Source of the DNA: an uncultured virus (IMG/VR IMGVR_UViG_3300015245_000039)
Lineage: Duplodnaviria; Heunggongvirae; Uroviricota; Caudoviricetes
Direction: 5' to 3' (one strand)
DNA length: 20,000 nucleotides
IMG/VR virus record: IMGVR_UViG_3300015245_000039
Positions 17,309-20,000 of the stretch are shown piece by piece. Positions within the stretch are counted from its first letter, which is position 1. Each line of letters starts with the position of its first letter. The translations under genes were made by a program, and so were the position numbers. The notes under the pieces are model-generated. The model was given only the letters and a program-made list of their open reading frames with translations, searched no databases and was not told the origin of the DNA.

Positions 17309-17493
17309 TGGAGCTCAACGACGACGAGCTCGCCAGGGCCAAGAAGATCGCCAGAGCTAACCCTGTAAGGCGAGGCACACACAAGCGCAGGGCGAAAGCT
17401 CTCGGCATGCACATGTCCACCTTCTGGCAGCAGAGTGATGCTGATCGGAAGATCCTGTACGAACTCAGCAAGAAGGGAAGGAGGCAGCAGTAG
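17308..17493 (+). CDS. Small basic hypothetical protein, 61 aa
   Basis: TAATG coupling at 17306-17310; begins MELNDDELARAKK. Confidence 0.65.
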   Translation: MELNDDELARAKKIARANPVRRGTHKRRAKALGMHMSTFWQQSDADRKILYELSKKGRRQQ

Positions 17494-17585
17494 ATGGTCG
17501 CATAAGCAAGATCTGATACAGCTCAGGTCTCTCGACGCCCTAACCACGGGACGAGAGGCCTAAGCTCTACCAGAGAGGAGGAGCA

Positions 17586-17885
17586 ATGAAGGAGCAAGAG
17601 CCAATCAAGTGGCCATTCGTAAGGAGACGAGGCATCATTCTCTGCTTCAACTGCGGATCGGCTAGAGGCAACACCTACTGGGGATGTCCGGCATGCGCAC
17701 CTAGCAAGCCCGATCTCATCCCCGGCTACAAGGATGGCCGTTTCTCCGATGAGATTCTAGCCAGAGATGACGAGTACAAGGAGTTCATCCGTCATCAGTG
17801 GCCCATCCGCCACAACCCGATGGCCAAGGAAGCGATCCGCTGGGCCATCAAGCGCATCCACCTCAACACCGGACAGACCGATTGA
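17586..17885 (+). CDS. Zn-ribbon hypothetical protein
   Basis: SD GAGGAG; CFNC...CPAC. Confidence 0.72.
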   Translation: MKEQEPIKWPFVRRRGIILCFNCGSARGNTYWGCPACAPSKPDLIPGYKDGRFSDEILARDDEYKEFIRHQWPIRHNPMAKEAIRWAIKRIHLNTGQTD

Positions 17886-17936
17886 TGGTTGAAGCCCTCG
17901 CTAGCTCGGGGGCTTGAGTCATCGAAAGGAGGGAAC

Positions 17937-18239
17937 ATGTCAGCATCAAGCAGGATCAATGAGATCACGAAGGATCTCAAGGAACAGAACGAGAAGTACA
18001 TCGACGAACTCAGGTCGGATAAGCCTGCAATGCTCCGTCAGCTCGAAGACGAGTTCATCAGCGTCTATCAGAGCTTGGCTCGCATCAAAGCAGTGGCTGA
18101 GTACATCGAGCGAGTCAACGACGACAGCGGCGATCGTGATCCAGCCGCTAATGCAGCTCAGGCCGTCTACATCGCGGTCTACCAAGCACAGTCGTACACG
18201 CATCGCGCTCAGTCCTTCTGGGAAGATCTTCTTCCCTGA
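17937..18239 (+). CDS. Alpha-helical / coiled-coil hypothetical protein, 100 aa
   Basis: ATG at 17937 with SD GAAAGGAGG. Confidence 0.75.
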   Translation: MSASSRINEITKDLKEQNEKYIDELRSDKPAMLRQLEDEFISVYQSLARIKAVAEYIERVNDDSGDRDPAANAAQAVYIAVYQAQSYTHRAQSFWEDLLP

Positions 18240-18255
18240 ATTCAAGAGCACTAAG

Positions 18256-18590
18256 GGCACTCGCCCGAGCGCATACGCACGGACGCATGACCACCCCACT
18301 AGCGTAAAGACACTCCCTCGAGCGCACGTATGCGAGCAGGGGAGAAGCTCCGCGTACTAGTGATTTGGCTAGCCATGCACACATGCGCTCACGGGCGAGT
18401 GCCATAAGACTTCCTGGGATAACCCAGATCAAGGCCGAACTAATCTCAACAGACTACCTCTCGCGCATGCGTGCGCTGCCAGGCGCATATAGGCGCGATC
18501 GGAAGTCCGGGATAAGTTCGAATACGCGGGTGTCCGAAACCTAGTAGGCTTCCGTGTAGCGGCAAGTTCGCCGCGACCTACCACACAAAG
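18256..18590. ncRNA. Candidate structured ncRNA or structured DNA element
   Basis: Nested inverted repeats: a 148-nt rod (18256-18403), a GACTTCC/GGAAGTC-closed domain (18408-18507) and further hairpins. No credible ORF. Confidence 0.45.
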
Positions 18591-18622
18591 ACCTCAGGCA
18601 TGGGAGGTCAGAAGGGAGCAAC

Positions 18623-19240
18623 ATGCCACGCACGCGCACTCGCCCCAAGACGGGCGCTGCCAAGAAGACCACAGCAGGACGTGGCTCTTCGAAGACCGCA
18701 GCGCCCGCCGCACCCCCGGCAGAGACCGGAGAGGACAAGGCGGCAGCATCCGAGGCCAAGCGCCAGGAGCGCGAGAACCTCGAAGCCGAGCAGACTCAGG
18801 AAGTCCTGAATCGGTTCGGCGAGCACCCGGCAGTCGGCGGAGGGCAGGGGGACGAGAGTCTCTCGACCGTCGCCAACAGCCTCAACATCACGTCCGGCAA
18901 GGCCGCGTTTCTGCTGATGAAGCACGCGGTCAAGGAGGGCAAGGTCCCGAGCATCAGCGGGAAGGACGACGAGACGCTGCTCAAGGCGATCAACACCGCA
19001 CGTCTCGCGGCCGACCGCTTCAGCTCCTGGGGCTGGCTCGCTGCCCGCGCCGGGAAGTCCGAGGGCTTCATCAAGAACGGTCTCGAGGAGCTGGGGCTGT
19101 ACACGCCTCGCGCCGAGAACATCGCCAGCAAGCGCAGCGAAGCGACCAAGGCCGAGAAGGCAGCGGCGGCACCTGCGGCGGCGACCACGAACGGCGAGAC
19201 CAAGAAGTCTCCTCGCCGACGGCGCTCGGGAAACGCGTAA
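18623..19240 (+). CDS. Basic DNA-binding protein with two HTH-like motifs and Lys/Arg/Ala-rich tails
   Basis: SD AAGGGAG. HTH-like segments SLSTVANSLNITSGKAAFLL and SWGWLAARAGKSEGFIKNGL; histone-like termini. Confidence 0.75.
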   Translation: MPRTRTRPKTGAAKKTTAGRGSSKTAAPAAPPAETGEDKAAASEAKRQERENLEAEQTQEVLNRFGEHPAVGGGQGDESLSTVANSLNITSGKAAFLLMKHAVKEGKVPSISGKDDETLLKAINTARLAADRFSSWGWLAARAGKSEGFIKNGLEELGLYTPRAENIASKRSEATKAEKAAAAPAAATTNGETKKSPRRRRSGNA

Positions 19241-19521
19241 CCCTCGAGGACCTACACCCCGACAGACTCCATAAGCTCATCAAGCCGGGCAGGAGACTCC
19301 TGATCTACTACCCGCACATGAACGGTGAGCCGATTGAAGTCATCGTCGTGGGGACGCCAGTCGTCATCCCTGCCGGTCCTAGGACCAAGAAGGTCAAGGA
19401 TCGGTGGGGGCGACGCACTGTCGAGGTCGTTACGGGTTACGTGTCGCAGCCCTACATCCGCGTGTACACGGATCCCGGCGGCACCAGGATGCTCGAGGTT
19501 CACGAGTTCACGGTGAAGTAA
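19234..19521 (+). CDS. Beta-rich domain, probably reached by -1 frameshift from 18623..19240 (otherwise a standalone ORF from ATG 19318)
   Basis: The frame is open from the G_GGA_AAC slippery site (19228-19234) to TAA at 19521, and ATG 19318 has no properly spaced SD. Confidence 0.6.
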   Translation, partial: RVTLEDLHPDRLHKLIKPGRRLLIYYPHMNGEPIEVIVVGTPVVIPAGPRTKKVKDRWGRRTVEVVTGYVSQPYIRVYTDPGGTRMLEVHEFTVK

Positions 19522-19522
19522 A

Positions 19523-19629
19523 GCTAGGCGCGGCCCCATTAGTGGAGCCGCTCCTGGCCTAGCCAGCTAGCCCGTGCAGGCGACAGAGCCGGTACATGGG
19601 TGAGCTGGCTAGGCTGGAGCGCATCCAGC
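19523..19629 (+). other. Three consecutive stem-loops in an intergenic region
   Basis: GCTAGG.GCGGC/GCCGC.CCTGGC; perfect 11-bp CCTAGCCAGCT/AGCTGGCTAGG (19558-19613); GCTGGA/TCCAGC. Confidence 0.6.
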
Positions 19630-19678
19630 ACCCTACAAGCCCGCACAGCGCGGGGAACATAGAGGGAGGAAGTAAGGT

Positions 19679-19924
19679 ATGAGCAAAGGCTCGTACGACA
19701 TCCCCAAGGCGTCAGAAGAAGGACGCCTGGTCCTGCGGAACTCGCACGGACCGTTGAGTGGAGGCACGCGTGTCACTCTTGCTGCCCCACGCAACCCGTC
19801 CAAGCACGTCTTCACCGTTCAGGCGGAGATTGGTGTGATGGACTGGAAGAAAGAGGTCAAGCGCGTCATCACACTCGTTGACGTGCACAAGGACGATCTC
19901 GTGATTCGTAGGAGGGCGTCGTAA
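19679..19924 (+). CDS. Hypothetical beta-rich protein, 81 aa
   Basis: SD GGAGGA; TAATG coupling to the next gene. Confidence 0.72.
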   Translation: MSKGSYDIPKASEEGRLVLRNSHGPLSGGTRVTLAAPRNPSKHVFTVQAEIGVMDWKKEVKRVITLVDVHKDDLVIRRRAS

Positions 19925-20000
19925 TGCTGACAGCCGAAGATACCAATGCCATCGAGGACTGGATCTCAAGGCTCGAGGCAGCTGCCCGTCAGATCAGTGA
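19924..20000 (+). CDS. Hypothetical protein, N-terminal fragment (runs off the window)
   Basis: TAATG overlap; MLTAEDTNAIEDWISRLEAAARQIS is open to the window end. Confidence 0.55.
   Translation, partial: MLTAEDTNAIEDWISRLEAAARQIS

Noticed and set aside
18256..18600. Retron msr-msd, DGR template repeat, tRNA or hammerhead ribozyme
   Set aside because: No reverse transcriptase in the window, no visible match to fibre gene 3' ends, no cloverleaf, and no CUGANGA core seen.
1..20000. Stop-codon reassignment
   Set aside because: TAG, TGA and TAA all end genes at coupled junctions, and conserved genes are intact in the standard code.

Overview
A GC-rich tailed-phage (or prophage) segment with an Actinomycetota-like gene style, arranged in two divergent arms. 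The minus strand (about 15850 to 1) is a tightly coupled virion operon. In order it encodes: a small terminase candidate, a membrane protein, a 25-aa micro-ORF, a Zn-finger protein, an SNase-like nuclease, large terminase, an inserted lysis cassette (amidase, holin, second membrane protein, papain-like peptidase), a Mu-like portal, a 59-aa ORF, protease/scaffold, capsid cement, major capsid protein, three fibre/appendage genes, head-tail adaptor, tail completion and terminator proteins, and the start of a tail sheath gene (myovirus). A motif-rich non-coding region (about 15850-16350) separates this from a plus-strand arm of small unknown genes, several preceded by a stem-loop and a strong RBS. 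The most notable signals are: (1) a correctly phased G_GGA_AAC -1 slippery site at the end of a basic double-HTH gene, which would fuse it to a downstream ORF that lacks its own RBS; (2) a heavily structured non-coding element of about 350 nt (18250-18600) with a 148-nt rod hairpin, a competing alternative pairing and purine/pyrimidine-alternating tracts; (3) coupled micro-ORFs missed by the ORF track. All protein calls come from motif recognition and synteny only; no database searches were run.
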